In this document: positions 30,335-43,909 of the stretch, piece by piece
Numbering within the stretch: position 1 is the stretch's first letter
Layout: every line of letters starts with the position of its first letter
Assembly: GCA_039815375.1 (NCBI GenBank)
Contig: JBCBZJ010000015.1
Location: forward strand, 1-64,000
Source: Verrucomicrobiota bacterium
GTDB taxonomy: Bacteria; Verrucomicrobiota; Verrucomicrobiia; Opitutales; Coraliomargaritaceae
Direction of reading: 5' to 3'
DNA length: 64,000 bases
Made by a program: the position numbers and the translations under genes
Notes under the pieces: generated by a model
Databases searched by the model: none
What the model saw: the letters and a program-made list of their open reading frames with translations, nothing else
What the model was told of the DNA's origin: nothing

Positions 30335-32035
30335 CTAGCGGCCGAACCGTGTCGGTTTGGGTGTTTGCATCAAATAGATGTCCTGAACACGGTCTTCGCT
30401 TTTCTCAAGGGAACGGAGCACATTACGAAATGCGTTGCGAGCCCTCCAGGATTCGGCTGCAAACTGAAATATTGGTTGGTTGTCTCGAATTGCACTTGCA
30501 AGTTTCTTACTAATTTCCCGATCAGTCAGTGCGCTGTATTTGGAAAGGTATTCCTGTCCTCGACGAATGTAGTATCTCCACGATTCTTCGTAACGCCCGG
30601 CGTTGTAAATCAATGCTGCATCTTCCAATGTTTTTTGAACAAATAGAATTGCATCGACTGTGGAAATATCTCCCTCAGGTAACTCCATAGGGTCAGGGAT
30701 AACTTCATCTATCACATTGATCAATCCGTTGAATCCTTCGAGGTCAGTTTCTGAAATTGAGATTCCGTTGATTGTGCGTTGATCGTTTTCTCGAATCAAA
30801 TAAATCGGCGCACCATGTATCGTCCGCAATTTATTGTAGGGCTTGCTGTTTTCGCTCACATGCTTGCCTGTTATAACATGTCTGGCGAGCAATCCAAAGA
30901 TTGCTTCACGGTTTTCTCCCGTTGGATTTGCTACAAGCTCAGCAACTGCTTTGTCTTTCCAGGCATCATTGGTAGGAGCAAAAATTGTAAAGTTGCTAGT
31001 CGATGCGACAGGTAGATCAAGGCCGCTGGCCTCAAGGAGCGAAACTAAAGTTGTGAGACGGTTGTCTCTCTTGAGTAGTTGCAATAGTCCTTCTTCGACC
31101 GGAGGTATGACTGTGTCGATAACGTGGACTATCCCGTTTGCACAGGGTAAATCAGCTTCAATAACTTTAGCTCCGTCAATAGTTGCTTCGCCATCTACTA
31201 CTTTAAAATTAAGCTGTTGACCGAACGCAGACGTGGGCGTGACTCCAGAGACTCCCAAACTACGGAAGCCAGGGACTTTTCCAGCACCCAACACACCTTC
31301 GGTAATGTGATGTTTAATGATGTCCTCAAGGCGTTCATCATTTTCGGGTAGGAACAACGAATCTACAAAACCCGCTGGAAGCTTTTTAAAAGCAGCGTCC
31401 GTAGGAGCAAAAGTAGTGTAGAGGCCATGCATGTTCTGGAATAGTTTGCCTTGGCGACTTGCTGTTATTGCTCGGGTAAAAATGGTAAATCTTCCATCTT
31501 TTTGCAGCCGTTGGAACAAATCATCTGTTGTGGGAGTTAGAACCGAATCAATCAAATACAGGACACCATTAGAGCACTGGATCGGTTCTCCAATAAAACG
31601 TGCGTTTCCAATTTGACTCTCGAGATAATTGATCGAGGTAAATTGACTAGTCTGTGTTCTAAGAAGAGCGTATTTTTCCAATTCAAAAGGAGACGCTGAA
31701 AATCCCAGGACATGGAAGTTAAATACTTCCTCTAAACGGTCATCATTACGGGGATCGAGTAGCGTCTGGATGGCACCTTGAGGCAATTTTTCGAAAGCAG
31801 AGTTTACAGGAGCAAACACAGTAAAACGTTCTCCGGTTCGTTCTGAGAGCCGTGACCCAGTCTCAGTCTTTTCCAACAGGTCTAGGAAATTGCTTAGGCT
31901 TTGGTTTTCCCGAACTATACGGCCAATGGTTTTTGCTTCAGCAGGATTAGCGGCGTGGGTGCTTTGGGGAACCAGACAAGAGAAGATTGTCACGAGGCAA
32001 GTTATCTTAATCAGTAGGGCAGTTTTCATAAGCAT
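30335..32035 (-). CDS. Secreted fasciclin (FAS1) domain protein, three repeats plus helical C-terminal domain
   Basis: Signal peptide; three T.FAP.(N/D).A(F/W) ... NG.(V/I)..ID.V units. Confidence 0.9.
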   Translation of the reverse strand: MLMKTALLIKITCLVTIFSCLVPQSTHAANPAEAKTIGRIVRENQSLSNFLDLLEKTETGSRLSERTGERFTVFAPVNSAFEKLPQGAIQTLLDPRNDDRLEEVFNFHVLGFSASPFELEKYALLRTQTSQFTSINYLESQIGNARFIGEPIQCSNGVLYLIDSVLTPTTDDLFQRLQKDGRFTIFTRAITASRQGKLFQNMHGLYTTFAPTDAAFKKLPAGFVDSLFLPENDERLEDIIKHHITEGVLGAGKVPGFRSLGVSGVTPTSAFGQQLNFKVVDGEATIDGAKVIEADLPCANGIVHVIDTVIPPVEEGLLQLLKRDNRLTTLVSLLEASGLDLPVASTSNFTIFAPTNDAWKDKAVAELVANPTGENREAIFGLLARHVITGKHVSENSKPYNKLRTIHGAPIYLIRENDQRTINGISISETDLEGFNGLINVIDEVIPDPMELPEGDISTVDAILFVQKTLEDAALIYNAGRYEESWRYYIRRGQEYLSKYSALTDREISKKLASAIRDNQPIFQFAAESWRARNAFRNVLRSLEKSEDRVQDIYLMQTPKPTRFGR

Positions 32036-32265
32036 GTATCCTGTTTCTTTTTCATTACTTACAAATAGATCTCTAAATCTTTTGCGTGAAGTAATCTCAG
32101 GCCTGCTTAAACCAAAATTAAAATAGCTTTTTGAGCGTTAGTAATTTCTGTTGGAAAAGGGCGCACATCCTACCTGGAAAGGTATAAGTTTTCATCCGAA
32201 TCTACCGAAATTGCTGCACTCAGGTGTTGCCTTAAAATCATATTTTTAGAGATTTGGCAGCTTCT

Positions 32266-32763
32266 ATGGTTAAGGTTCTCCAGCTGATTGTCCTTATTGT
32301 TGTCTTCGTTCTCGGATACAGCTTCGGGTCTTTTACCTCCGAAGAAAAGTCGGAGTCGCCTGAGAAAGACAGATCTCCTCAGGGTCAAGTTGAGTTCCAG
32401 GGAACGGCTGCCGAACGCGGGTTGCTGATCACTGCCCCTGTCACAGCTCAAACACTGGAAGTGATTGAGCAGCCCAATAGCGGAGCTCTGCAGGAAGCGC
32501 GACCTACCGTGACAGCACCATTTGACGGCCGGATAACTCTAACAAATTTGGAAGGGGCAAAACTGGACGTCACACTTGTCGATGCGGATGAGAATACAGT
32601 GAAGATTCGGCGCGGTAGCGACCTACGGGAGTTCACTATCAAACTGGACACGCTTCAACCCGCAGATCGCCAAGCCATTGAGAATTGGCGATCAGCTCGA
32701 GAACCCGCATCTAAGGAGCCTGACGAGGTGGACCTTGATGCAATCTTCAGTATCTTCAAGTAA
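32266..32763 (+). CDS. Membrane-anchored protein with SHD1-like domain
   Basis: N-terminal TM; LTNLEGAKLDVTL...VKIRR.SD.REFTI.LDTL..ADRQ.I pattern. Confidence 0.65.
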   Translation: MVKVLQLIVLIVVFVLGYSFGSFTSEEKSESPEKDRSPQGQVEFQGTAAERGLLITAPVTAQTLEVIEQPNSGALQEARPTVTAPFDGRITLTNLEGAKLDVTLVDADENTVKIRRGSDLREFTIKLDTLQPADRQAIENWRSAREPASKEPDEVDLDAIFSIFK

Positions 32764-34641
32764 CTACTTCGCGCTGAGCTTCTCAAGGATCTCGTAGTTG
32801 CGCTGTAGCATCTCGCTGGGGTCTTCGAGGAGACCGGCAGCGACTCGTGCGTTGTCGAGGATTTGTTTGCTGATGAGCGTAGCAAGCTCTCCGTCTGACT
32901 CACGGAGTCCGGAAAGATTCTTGACCAGTGCGTGGCGCGGATTGACCTGAAGCTTCACGGGAGGCTCACCGCCCATGTCAGGGCCGCCTGCCTTTTGCTG
33001 CATTGCCTTCATCATTTTGCGCATTTGCGAGGTCATCATTTTGTCCGCATTAACGATCATGGCCGGGCTGCCGACGAGACGATCGCTGGCGGTGACTTCG
33101 CTGACGTCGTTGCCGAGTCTTTCTTTGATGAACGTGCAGAGTGCTTCGGAGTCGTCTTGGGCGAGTGCTTCGGCTTTGTCGGTGTCGACTTCAGGTGCAA
33201 TGGCGTCAAGGTCGATGTCGTCGGAGTCGGCGGAGACGAAGTTCTTTTCGTCGAAGGCGCGGGCATGGTTCATGACGAATTCGTCGATAGGCTCGTAGAG
33301 ATAGAGCACCTCGATGTTGCGCGCCTTGAAAGCTTCGAAGTATGGGCCGGACTCGATTGCCTGGCGGCTGGCACCGGATAGATAGTAAATCTCCTTCTGG
33401 CCTTCCGGTGCCCGCGTCAGATAGTCAGCGAGGCTCGTTGTTGTGCCTTCTTCAGTATATGAGGATTCGTAGCGGAGCAGCTTGAGGAGCTGGTCGCGGT
33501 GAGTGAAGTCGGTGGTCACGCCTTCCTTGAGGAAAATACCGAAGTTCTTCCAGAAGTCGTCATAGACCTCTGGTTCTTTCCTGGCCTTTTCTTCGAGGGT
33601 CTTGAGGAAGCGCTTGGTCAGGACCTTATGAAGCTTCTGGATGAGTGAGCTGTCCTGCATCGACTCGCGGGAAATGTTGAGCGGCAGGTCGGCACTGTCG
33701 ACGACACCGCGCACAAAGCGGAGCCATTCCGGGAGCAGGTTCTTGGGGTCGCTGTCGATCAGGACCTTACGGCAATAGAGAGAAACGCCCGGCTCCATGC
33801 GGCCGAAGCCGAAACCTTCCATGTTTTCGTTTGGTGCGAAAAGAAGTGCGTTGATTTCCAGCGGTGCATCAGCTGAGAAGTGGAGCCAGAAACGTGGCTC
33901 GTCGAAAGCGTTGGCCTGGAACTTGTAGAACTCCTTATATTCGTCATCGGAAATCTCGCTTTTATTCTTGAGCCAGAGCGCACCGATGGTCGCGACTTCT
34001 TCGCCATCGACTTTGACGGGAAACTGAACGAAAGCGGAGTATTTCTTGATGATTGATTCGAGGCGGTCCTTTTTACCAAATTCTTTGAACTCTTCCTTGA
34101 GCTTGATCACGATACGCGTGCCGCGGCGCTCACCCTCGACGGTTTCGATTTCGTAGGCGCCGGAGCCGTCGCTGGACCATCGGAAGCATTCGCCTTCAGT
34201 CTGCCAAGTGCGGGTATACACGTCGACCTTCTCAGCAACCATAAAGACGGAGTAGAAGCCGACCCCGAACTGGCCGATCAGGTTCTCGTTTCGCTCGCCG
34301 GATTCCTTGAGCGCGTTAAGAAAAGCCTTTGAGCCGGAATGTGCGATGGTGCCTAGGTTCTCGACCAGTTCCTCTTGTGTCATGCCGATACCGAAGTCAC
34401 GAATCGTGATCTCGCCTGCTTCTTCGTCTGCTGTGACTTGAATCTCGAGGTCGAGGTCGGCGTCGAAGATTTCCTTTTCGGTTAGCTGGGTGTGACGCAA
34501 TTTCTCGGTTGCGTCGGAGGCGTTGGAAACGAGCTCGCGGACGAAGATCTCTTTGTCCGTGTAGAGCGAGTGGACGACGATATCGAGGACTTGTTTGACC
34601 TCTGCTTGGAACTCGTGGCGTTGAGGTGCAGTTGTGCTCAT
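32764..34641 (-). CDS. htpG: Hsp90 chaperone
   Basis: [50 protein letters not shown]. Confidence 0.98.
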   Translation of the reverse strand: MSTTAPQRHEFQAEVKQVLDIVVHSLYTDKEIFVRELVSNASDATEKLRHTQLTEKEIFDADLDLEIQVTADEEAGEITIRDFGIGMTQEELVENLGTIAHSGSKAFLNALKESGERNENLIGQFGVGFYSVFMVAEKVDVYTRTWQTEGECFRWSSDGSGAYEIETVEGERRGTRIVIKLKEEFKEFGKKDRLESIIKKYSAFVQFPVKVDGEEVATIGALWLKNKSEISDDEYKEFYKFQANAFDEPRFWLHFSADAPLEINALLFAPNENMEGFGFGRMEPGVSLYCRKVLIDSDPKNLLPEWLRFVRGVVDSADLPLNISRESMQDSSLIQKLHKVLTKRFLKTLEEKARKEPEVYDDFWKNFGIFLKEGVTTDFTHRDQLLKLLRYESSYTEEGTTTSLADYLTRAPEGQKEIYYLSGASRQAIESGPYFEAFKARNIEVLYLYEPIDEFVMNHARAFDEKNFVSADSDDIDLDAIAPEVDTDKAEALAQDDSEALCTFIKERLGNDVSEVTASDRLVGSPAMIVNADKMMTSQMRKMMKAMQQKAGGPDMGGEPPVKLQVNPRHALVKNLSGLRESDGELATLISKQILDNARVAAGLLEDPSEMLQRNYEILEKLSAK

Positions 34642-34689
34642 AATTGAGATAGGATATTTTTGAATTAAGATTTAGCGGAAAATTATGTA

Positions 34690-34878
34690 TTACCGAAACT
34701 GGTTTTGTTCCGGACGGTATTTGTAGCCAGCGTTTGCAAGGCAGGCGCTCAATTTGTCTTTATCGACATCGTGGGTTAGGCAGAGGTCTTCAAGCGAGTC
34801 CGCGTGATTTCGAAGCTCGGTGTTTACCAATCCGACGAGAAGATGCGGGTCTGTGGATTCAAACTTCGTCCAAACCAT
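34690..34878 (-). CDS. DUF4250-like small protein
   Basis: DP.LL...VNT.LRN...SLEDLC...GY.Y..EQNQF pattern. Confidence 0.8.
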   Translation of the reverse strand: MVWTKFESTDPHLLVGLVNTELRNHADSLEDLCLTHDVDKDKLSACLANAGYKYRPEQNQFR

Positions 34879-34892
34879 TTTTGTCCGGCAAA

Positions 34893-36563
34893 TTATTCGA
34901 GCTCTTCATCCGGTTTTTCGCTTAAGCCGCGGAAAACAAGTTCGTTCGTCAAATCAGTGCGGGTTGTGAAGCTGGCCCAGCGTTCAAGCATACCTCGGGA
35001 TTGTGCTAGATCTGGATCGTCTTCTGCAATCTCGGGCGTTTCCTTGCTTTCAACATAAACGAGTGTGCCAATCCCGCCAAGTGTGAGCATGGGTGAAACA
35101 TCGCCGGCACTCATACTTTGTGCTTGCTGAAGGGCAGAGCGGTTGAGTTCGACCGGTGCATTCCTGACTTCGAAGTCTTCAAAAGTGCGGGTTGTGAGGT
35201 TCAGTGCTTCTGCAGCTTCAACGAAAGCTGTGTCAGCGCCGACGGCTGCTTCAAGCTCGGCCTTGATGGTTTCGCCCTTTTCGCTGAAGAGGCGGCGTTT
35301 TTCGTCGGCAGCAAAGTCTGCAGCAACTTCTTCCGCCACGGCCTCGTAGGCTGGAATCTCCGGAGCGATACGACCCGTGTAAATAAGCACTGCATATCCC
35401 CTGCCAACCTCGTAAGCGTCCGAGAAATAACGGTTTTCGCTAAGGCCAAATGCTGATTGTAGCATTTCGGGTGATGGCGGGAGTGTTTCTGCATCTGCCG
35501 CAGTGAATGGCTCGATTTCAGTCAAGCTGAGGCTGGAATCTTTTAGGAGTTGGTTGAACCTCTCGGAATCGTTCGCGATTTCGTCGCGGTAGAGCTGATA
35601 AGCGAAGGCTTGAGCCGCTTCGTTCGCTGCACGCACAGCTTTTTCATCAGCAAGGCTGGTAGCGACAGCATCTTGCACTTTTTCGAAAGTGACAGGTTCC
35701 GGTTCGGGCGCTTCTTCGCCCTCTACAGCTTGGGGAATGGGGTTTGCGGCTTCATATGCAGCAACAAAGGAGGCGCGGTTGGCAACGAAGTGCTCGCGTA
35801 ATTCTGCTTCGGTTGCTTCGGCGCTCTGCTCGCTGTAATTATCAGAAGCAAACAGCACATAGCTGGCCTTGATCCGTTCAGGAATTTCGTAGCGCTGTTT
35901 GTTTGTCTCGTAGTAAGCGGTAAGGGCAGCCGGGTCTTCTGTCAGTTCAGGTTCAAACTCATTGTAGGGAAGCTCGGCAACGGCAAGACTGAGCTTGGTT
36001 CGGTTGCGCTGTGCTTGTGCACTGGTTTCAGATGGAAGCAGATAACCGGGCCCCGAAAGTGCCTGAACGACTTGTTCGATCCGAAAGTCTTCTTCTAGGA
36101 CATTGATTACCAGGCCTTGTGGGGTGCCTGGGTTCGACTCCATTTGATCAACGAATCTAGTGTAAGCATCCGGGCTAAATGAACCGTCGGGTCCACTAAA
36201 GGCGTTTTTTGTTTTGATATACTCAGCGAGCGTTTCCTGAGCCGGTGTGGGAACACCGATTTCGTCTGCCAGATGAAGCATGGCTATGCGGCTGGTCAAC
36301 TGCCCCTGGAACTGTTCGTTGCTGCGGAACTGCTGATTGTTGAGCATCGCGCTCAGAGAGACTTTTTGAGACAGCGCCTCGGCTTCCAATGAGGAGTTGA
36401 GGTCGAAGCCATAGAAGAGGTTTTCTTCGTATCCAGATTTGTCCACGGTGCAGCCGGGGCTGTTACCAATGGTGAAAACGAAGGCCACAATGATGACGGT
36501 CAGTAGGGTGAGGAATATCCAGCGCCCGTGGCGGATGAGGTGATGTTGAATCCAGGAAATCAT
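34893..36563 (-). CDS. PpiD/SurA-like membrane-anchored periplasmic chaperone
   Basis: N-terminal TM (LLTVIIVAFVF), YYETNK.RY..PER.KASYV, acidic helical body; start at MISWIQ. Confidence 0.75.
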   Translation of the reverse strand: MISWIQHHLIRHGRWIFLTLLTVIIVAFVFTIGNSPGCTVDKSGYEENLFYGFDLNSSLEAEALSQKVSLSAMLNNQQFRSNEQFQGQLTSRIAMLHLADEIGVPTPAQETLAEYIKTKNAFSGPDGSFSPDAYTRFVDQMESNPGTPQGLVINVLEEDFRIEQVVQALSGPGYLLPSETSAQAQRNRTKLSLAVAELPYNEFEPELTEDPAALTAYYETNKQRYEIPERIKASYVLFASDNYSEQSAEATEAELREHFVANRASFVAAYEAANPIPQAVEGEEAPEPEPVTFEKVQDAVATSLADEKAVRAANEAAQAFAYQLYRDEIANDSERFNQLLKDSSLSLTEIEPFTAADAETLPPSPEMLQSAFGLSENRYFSDAYEVGRGYAVLIYTGRIAPEIPAYEAVAEEVAADFAADEKRRLFSEKGETIKAELEAAVGADTAFVEAAEALNLTTRTFEDFEVRNAPVELNRSALQQAQSMSAGDVSPMLTLGGIGTLVYVESKETPEIAEDDPDLAQSRGMLERWASFTTRTDLTNELVFRGLSEKPDEELE

Positions 36564-37062
36564 GACTAGCAGAAAATCGAAACCGGCGAAGGTTAGGTGC
36601 GCCCCTAGGACTGTCAACCCCATGCTAACAGGAGTGCGATTGCATGTGTTACGCAAGACTCAGCGAAAATACCTTTCTGGAAAGGTCAAAATGAGCCTTG
36701 GCTAGATTTCTCGTTGACGGGCTCAACACTCATTTTTCGAGTTTCCCGCCTTTGGGAGGGTAAAGTCACGATTATGGCGTTTCGGGCACTTTTCATTGAT
36801 TTGATTGGTGCTCGGTAAAGCTTTGTTCCAGTATTACGATAGCGTCACTAGCCATAGATGAAAGGGTAGATTCTGTCAGGATGACGCTTTGGCTTAGTGA
36901 ATACACCGGATCGCTTGGAACTTTTTGTGCAGGAACGACTTGGCAAAGCTGCCAACTACCACGAATCATTCAGAAGCAGTTTTGGGAATGCGATCCAGAA
37001 ACAATGCAAAAGGCCAGCTATTCTCGTGATTCTTGCAGAGTCCTCTAGTTTACTTCGTTGAA

Positions 37063-38487
37063 TCAAATCAATTCGCTGAGTTTCAGATTGGCTTGGGCGC
37101 AGTTCTTCAACGAAACGACATCATCCAAATAGGCACGAACAGCTGAGTCGACCGTGGCGACGATTTTCGTGCCCTCGTTGTTGCCGTAGGATTCAAAGCT
37201 CTGCTTGAAACTTCCAAGTGTGACTGTTTCAGCCGGACGTCCGGGCTGGTAAGCGCGGTTGCGTTCTTCCTCAATGGTTTTGCCCTCAATCGGATTAAGG
37301 TAACCGAGCTCGCAAAGGCGAGCGATGCTGGAGTTCATGATGTGGCTGGGCACCCTCAACCTCTGGAGAATTTCACTGGCCTGAATCGGCCGCTCACCCT
37401 TTTGGAAACGTCTCATCGCCATGAGAAGGATACTCAGCGATATGGCTTCTCGGGCTCGTTCACTGATCTTCTGCCAGGCATTTTCATTGGTCAGATAGTC
37501 GGCGTTTTGAACTGCATAGGTGACTTGGCCACCAAGTAGAATGAGAAGCCAGAAAACGTAGAGTCCCAGCATCAGTACAACGATGATGCCGACTGAGCCA
37601 TATAGGCTATTGGTCTGAACAACCCGGTCTACATAGAGGAACGATACGAGTCGGTAGAATTCGAGCGAAAGGACGACGACAATACTTCCGCAAAAAGCAG
37701 GGCCCCATTTTACCTGTGTGTTTGGAATAAATCTGAAGAAGACCGCCAGCAGCGAACTGATCATTATGAAGCTAATGATTGGAGCAAACAATAGAAAGAG
37801 ATTCGCCAGCAGTTCACCCATGGGTAATGTTTCCATGCGCGAAACAACTGCATTCAGGGTGATTAGTGTTACAGAGAGTGTGCCGAGCACTGCACCCAGA
37901 CTGATAAATGTCCAGTAGGTGACAATGCGTTCCCCGAGTTTACGCCCCTGTGTGACGCCCCACAAAGTGTTAAACGAGCCTTCGATTGAGCTGAGCACTT
38001 GCAGGCCGATGACAAAGAGCATGATAAGACCGACTGCTCCGACCGCTCCGGATGATGCAGCTTCACTGAATTGCCCGATCATCTGCAAGACCTGTTCTTC
38101 CATTGCGTTTTCTGTATCGCCTGCCTCGAGTTCAATCTGAGGTGCCGCCCAAGCGATCACATCGTAGATGCGCGCCAGAATAACTTCTTCGCTCCCTTTC
38201 TCGAGTGCGAAGCCGGACACCATGATACCGAGTGCGACAAGTGGACCGATCCCGATGAGTGAGTAGAATGTGAGCGCTGCGGCCTGAACCGGAATCTTGT
38301 TTCGCCTCAATCCCTGCCAGGTGAGTGTGAGCACACGCAAGAGATGGTAAAGACGTGCCCGCACGGTTTTTCGACCGAGGTGTTCAAGCTCCCAAATGTC
38401 GCGCCCCATCAAAGCTTTGGTGCGGTGGGCGTATTGCTTGATCTCACTTAAGCCCAAGGACATTTTCTTTGAATTCTCTTCTGCCAA
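37063..38487 (-). CDS. YihY/BrkB family membrane protein with C-terminal winged-helix extension
   Basis: AAALTFYSL, IEGSFNTLW, PNTQV, YGS, LYVFWLLILLGG. Confidence 0.88.
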   Translation of the reverse strand: MAEENSKKMSLGLSEIKQYAHRTKALMGRDIWELEHLGRKTVRARLYHLLRVLTLTWQGLRRNKIPVQAAALTFYSLIGIGPLVALGIMVSGFALEKGSEEVILARIYDVIAWAAPQIELEAGDTENAMEEQVLQMIGQFSEAASSGAVGAVGLIMLFVIGLQVLSSIEGSFNTLWGVTQGRKLGERIVTYWTFISLGAVLGTLSVTLITLNAVVSRMETLPMGELLANLFLLFAPIISFIMISSLLAVFFRFIPNTQVKWGPAFCGSIVVVLSLEFYRLVSFLYVDRVVQTNSLYGSVGIIVVLMLGLYVFWLLILLGGQVTYAVQNADYLTNENAWQKISERAREAISLSILLMAMRRFQKGERPIQASEILQRLRVPSHIMNSSIARLCELGYLNPIEGKTIEEERNRAYQPGRPAETVTLGSFKQSFESYGNNEGTKIVATVDSAVRAYLDDVVSLKNCAQANLKLSELI

Positions 38488-38510
38488 AACACGAGGCTAC
38501 AAGACCGTAG

Positions 38511-39320
38511 CTATTGCGCGATTAGATTGATTTGGACGATACTGTAGAATTCGTCGAAGCGCCCACTGATGGCAAGGTAAGCAAGAATACCGTTGCAGCC
38601 AATTCCCATCAGGATTGCGGCAATCATGACGGAGATTTTCTGAGTTATAGTGGCGAGGAAAACACCAATCCCGCCCAGTCCAAAAAGTAGCATAAGTTGA
38701 GGGTCGCCGATCGCCCATCCGAGGTAGACGCCGAAGCCCAACCCGATCATACTACGTCCGCGGATAAGGGGGTAGATATCGGTAACGGATAGAAGGAGCA
38801 GGACTGCCATAAAAAGGTCGAACACACCGAGCAGAAGGAAGGGGTAGTTGGGTAAGCTGGAGTAGAGCTGCTCGTCGACTGCTCCCTGAATGATGGCAAG
38901 GTGTGGGAAAATGAATGAGACGGCCGAGAGCAGCATCATCAGGCCGAGTGTCATGGATGCAAGGGCGACGGCGCGCTCGAAGCTTTTTTGGCTTTGCCTC
39001 AGGTGGCGGGTTTCCTTGGTATCGGCTTCCGCTGCCTTAAGCATATCCTCAACGTTGATTCCATCTTCCTCCTCCGCCTCTTCATTCTCTGAAGAATCTT
39101 CATTGTCTTCGATTTTCAAGCTGAGTTTTTCGCGCTCGGGGAAGACATGAGTCTTGAGCTCTTCATTGAGTGCAATCGGGATCCATTCTTCTTTGGTCTC
39201 GTCGTAATAGAGGGTGTTTTCCGTGATCTGCCCGGCATCGGCCAGCGTTGCAAGTTTCGCCACGTCGAAGGGACCTCGCGACTCGTCCTGTTCCGGAGTT
39301 CGGATGTAGTATTCAGCCAT
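38511..39320 (-). CDS. GYF_2 (DUF4339)-like domain membrane protein
   Basis: YYIR..E.RGPF...L..LA..GQIT..TL.Y.....W N-terminus; about 5 TM helices. Confidence 0.7.
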   Translation of the reverse strand: MAEYYIRTPEQDESRGPFDVAKLATLADAGQITENTLYYDETKEEWIPIALNEELKTHVFPEREKLSLKIEDNEDSSENEEAEEEDGINVEDMLKAAEADTKETRHLRQSQKSFERAVALASMTLGLMMLLSAVSFIFPHLAIIQGAVDEQLYSSLPNYPFLLLGVFDLFMAVLLLLSVTDIYPLIRGRSMIGLGFGVYLGWAIGDPQLMLLFGLGGIGVFLATITQKISVMIAAILMGIGCNGILAYLAISGRFDEFYSIVQINLIAQ

Positions 39321-39642
39321 CTTATAAAGATTAAATGAAGGTTCCTTGTTTTGCGCAGTTATTCCTTGTTTTTGATGAACGATTGGAGGGTATCTAAAAT
39401 CGATTCATGGCGCAGTGATTTTGATATATAGTGCTGTATTCCCACCTTCTTGCAGGTAATCTCTCGAATTCTTCGAGCAAGCTCCTTCTGTGTCTACCCA
39501 GTATGTCTTGGAGGTCGACGAGTTTTTTTGAAAACATCAGTGCTATTGTTCATGAAATAGTGAGCGCTTTCTTGAGTCTATTTGTTCATCCTGCACGCCT
39601 GCGAAGGAAGGCCAAGCTTATATCCGTTTACGGTCTATTGAC

Positions 39643-39672
39643 AAAAAAGCCCCTCCATTGCGGAGGGGCTTT
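39643..39672 (-). terminator. Intrinsic terminator of ppdK
   Basis: AAAAAAGCCCCTCC-ATTGC-GGAGGGGCTTT. Confidence 0.85.
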
Positions 39673-39696
39673 GTGAAATGAAACCTAAAAGAAGGA

Positions 39697-42438
<2,742 letters not shown>

Positions 42439-42648
42439 GGGAGCGACCGTATATGTGGATCGAGTTGGGTCCGAATTTGCCGTCTTAGGGCGCCTTCGGA
42501 GCGGAAAAACGGTGTAGCAAATCTATTTCGAGATCGCTGTCAATGGATTAGGACTTCCCTTGGCGTTAAGATTGAGAAACCGATTGGTCTAGAATAATGA
42601 ACTCATTGGGGTTGCCAGTCGGCGATGCAGTTGCCTTTTTCCTTCCGA

Positions 42649-43737
42649 ATGAGCGATAAGCCACCGAACGACGAAGAAGAGAACCTGGGTTCTGACGAGC
42701 CGAAGGATGATGCCTCTTTGCCCGAAGACGAAGTTCAAGGAGAGTTCGATGGCATGGACGGTGAACAGGCGGACGAGACCTCACCCCTTCCCGATGAAGA
42801 AGTCTCGGAAGACTACGGTCTTGATGAGAGGGATGCTCCGAAAGAGCCACGCTCGGTAGCGAATCGGCAGACGGAAGAGTCCGACAATACCGAGGACATC
42901 GTTGACTGGGAAGACGACTACTCAGACGATTACTCGGACGACTACTCGGATGATGACGAGGATGAAGAGAACGGAAACGGGATGTCTTTTCTCGATCATC
43001 TGGAAGAGTTTCGTTGGACGGTTGCCAGGAGTGCGATCGCCTTTATTCTTGGGGTTGCGATCGTCGTGATCTTTCACAAAGACATTGCTGATTGGATTCA
43101 GATTCCATTACACAAAGCATATGGTTCCGCAGAGGTCGCTCGCGATAACTTGATTACTTACAAAGCGATGGGGGTCATTACCGTCTTCTTTCAGATCGCT
43201 TTGCTTGGAGGACTGACCTTGTCCATGCCCTTCATGCTCTATTTTGCCGGGAGTTTTGTTGCTCCGGGTTTGACTGACAAGGAAAAGAAGATTTTGCGCC
43301 CGTCCTGTTTTGCCGCGTTTATCTTATTTTTAACCGGGGTGGCCTTCGCGTTCTTTATCATCCTACCGCTGGCGCTTGGATTTACAGTGCGTCTGAATCA
43401 GAGGCTCGGCTTCGATATTTTTTGGGCAGCCTCGGACTATTATAATATGGTGGTTTGGTTCTCGTTGGCGATAGGAGCCTTCTTTCAGTTCCCTCTCATC
43501 GTTGTGCTGCTTGTTTATATCGGAATCCTGACGACTGAGAAATTAAGACGTGCGCGTCGACTCGTTTTCGTCGGACTAATGATCTTTTCGGCGCTGGTTT
43601 CCCCGGGAGGGGATCCGATTTCCCTGACCGTAACGACTGGCTTCATGTACGGGCTCTATGAACTCGCGATCTGGGTCGGTAGTCGAATCGAGGCCAAAAA
43701 GCGCGAGGCGGAGCTTGATGAGCGAGAGGAGGAGTAA
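42649..43737 (+). CDS. tatC: Twin-arginine translocase subunit TatC with long acidic N-terminal extension
   Basis: [28 protein letters not shown]; 6 TM helices. Confidence 0.93.
   Translation: MSDKPPNDEEENLGSDEPKDDASLPEDEVQGEFDGMDGEQADETSPLPDEEVSEDYGLDERDAPKEPRSVANRQTEESDNTEDIVDWEDDYSDDYSDDYSDDDEDEENGNGMSFLDHLEEFRWTVARSAIAFILGVAIVVIFHKDIADWIQIPLHKAYGSAEVARDNLITYKAMGVITVFFQIALLGGLTLSMPFMLYFAGSFVAPGLTDKEKKILRPSCFAAFILFLTGVAFAFFIILPLALGFTVRLNQRLGFDIFWAASDYYNMVVWFSLAIGAFFQFPLIVVLLVYIGILTTEKLRRARRLVFVGLMIFSALVSPGGDPISLTVTTGFMYGLYELAIWVGSRIEAKKREAELDEREEE
42913..42948 (+). repeat. 12-bp coding tandem repeat x3 (DDYS)
   Basis: GACGACTACTCA GACGATTACTCG GACGACTACTCG. Confidence 0.85.
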
Positions 43738-43909
43738 CTCTTATACCCTCTCTGCACTTTATCTGGCCAAAACATAGGAGGCACCGCGCTCTGAAACGAG
43801 CGAAGCACTTTGTGCGCGTGCTGCACTACAACCGACTAAAATGATCTGTAGATAGGGTCAGAAAAACTCAGACGCTGTACTTTGCCTGATCGTGCTTGGC
43901 TGGGCAATT

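Noticed and set aside
39395..39537. 47-codon minus-strand ORF MFSKKLVDLQDILG... between the ppdK terminator and the GYF_2-like gene
   Set aside because: No recognisable motif or RBS; length is compatible with chance
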